Shown one piece after another: positions 63,358 to 64,000 of a stretch of 64,000 nucleotides of DNA. The notes below the pieces were generated by a model, which was not told the origin of the DNA, made no database searches, and saw nothing but the letters and a program-made list of their open reading frames with translations. The position numbers were made by a program, and so were the translations under genes. Origin of the DNA: Utricularia gibba (Eukaryota > Plantae > Magnoliophyta); NCBI GenBank assembly GCA_002189035.1, contig NEEC01000004.1, forward strand, positions 3,658,001 to 3,722,000, read 5' to 3'. The stretch's first letter is position 1. Each line of letters opens with the position of its first letter.

Positions 63358-64000
63358 GTAAACTACCCCTTGAACGATTCAATCACCTGCTCTCTCGGTA
63401 AATATTACTGTCCCCCACACACTTGTCTGCGGGCATGTCAACACGAGAAAAAGTATTATCATTTGGGAAAGAAAGTGAAAAGCAAAATGATCATTGGAGT
63501 TTGTACAGGTTGACTCGGCTCGACCATCCCTTCACACATTTTTCATAAATACTTCCTTTTTTGTTATTGGATTTTTTTTTCGAAAAAAAGTTAAAAACTG
63601 AATGATGAGATGCCACCATTGAAACTGTATCAGAATCAGATTTAATATTTTTTTAGTATTTATATACATTATGTGTTATTATAAATAAAAAATACTCATA
63701 CGTTATAATTCAAATAAGTTTATGATAGAAAAAAAAATTAAATAAAAATAATGCACAACTAAAGTCTGTTACAAAGTATGTATTCTAATATAGTAATGAG
63801 TAAAGTAGATAAAAAGTATGAATTCGAAGATAGTTTAGGCTTCAGCTTATATATGAGCTTGGGTAGAAAAATATTTCTATTGAAGAACACTATCTTACAC
63901 TTATTTAATTTGATATTTGTAATACAAAAAAAATTAATGATTGAAAAAATGGACCGTTGGATTGCATTTTTTTCCCATGCTCTGATTTGTAGGTTGTTGA

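Overview
This is eudicot plant nuclear genomic DNA (spliced genes, AT-rich spacers); the species cannot be identified from sequence alone. I can model ten intron-containing genes: DUF1666 protein (+), BTL1-like mitochondrial carrier (-), ARF-GEF BIG1 (+), a C-terminal RING protein (+), an HDHD3-like HAD hydrolase (+), DNA polymerase eta (+), thioredoxin o (+), CHD3-type remodeler CHR4/PKR1 (-), SCAR/WAVE subunit NAP1 (-) and a U11/U12-25K-like protein (+). There is also an F-box pseudogene and a possible unannotated small gene between CHR4 and NAP1. An accessory block at about 8.1-18.2 kb holds nested transposons: a Tat LTR, a hAT transposase relic, and a Copia gag split by a PIF/Harbinger element that is itself split by a solo LTR; the two innermost TSDs are recoverable. 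A decayed genomic COG5 fragment is fused to the gag, and a hAT MITE carrying a 6 x 57-bp minisatellite sits in the BIG1 promoter. Three otherwise well-conserved genes carry four lesions, each repaired by adding one G to a G run, which points to assembly indel errors more than biology. I found no convincing wholly new system; the best leads are the minisatellite-bearing MITE, the COG5 fragment, the candidate small gene and unusual splice signals. Homolog comparisons and Arabidopsis gene names are from memory, not from a database search.
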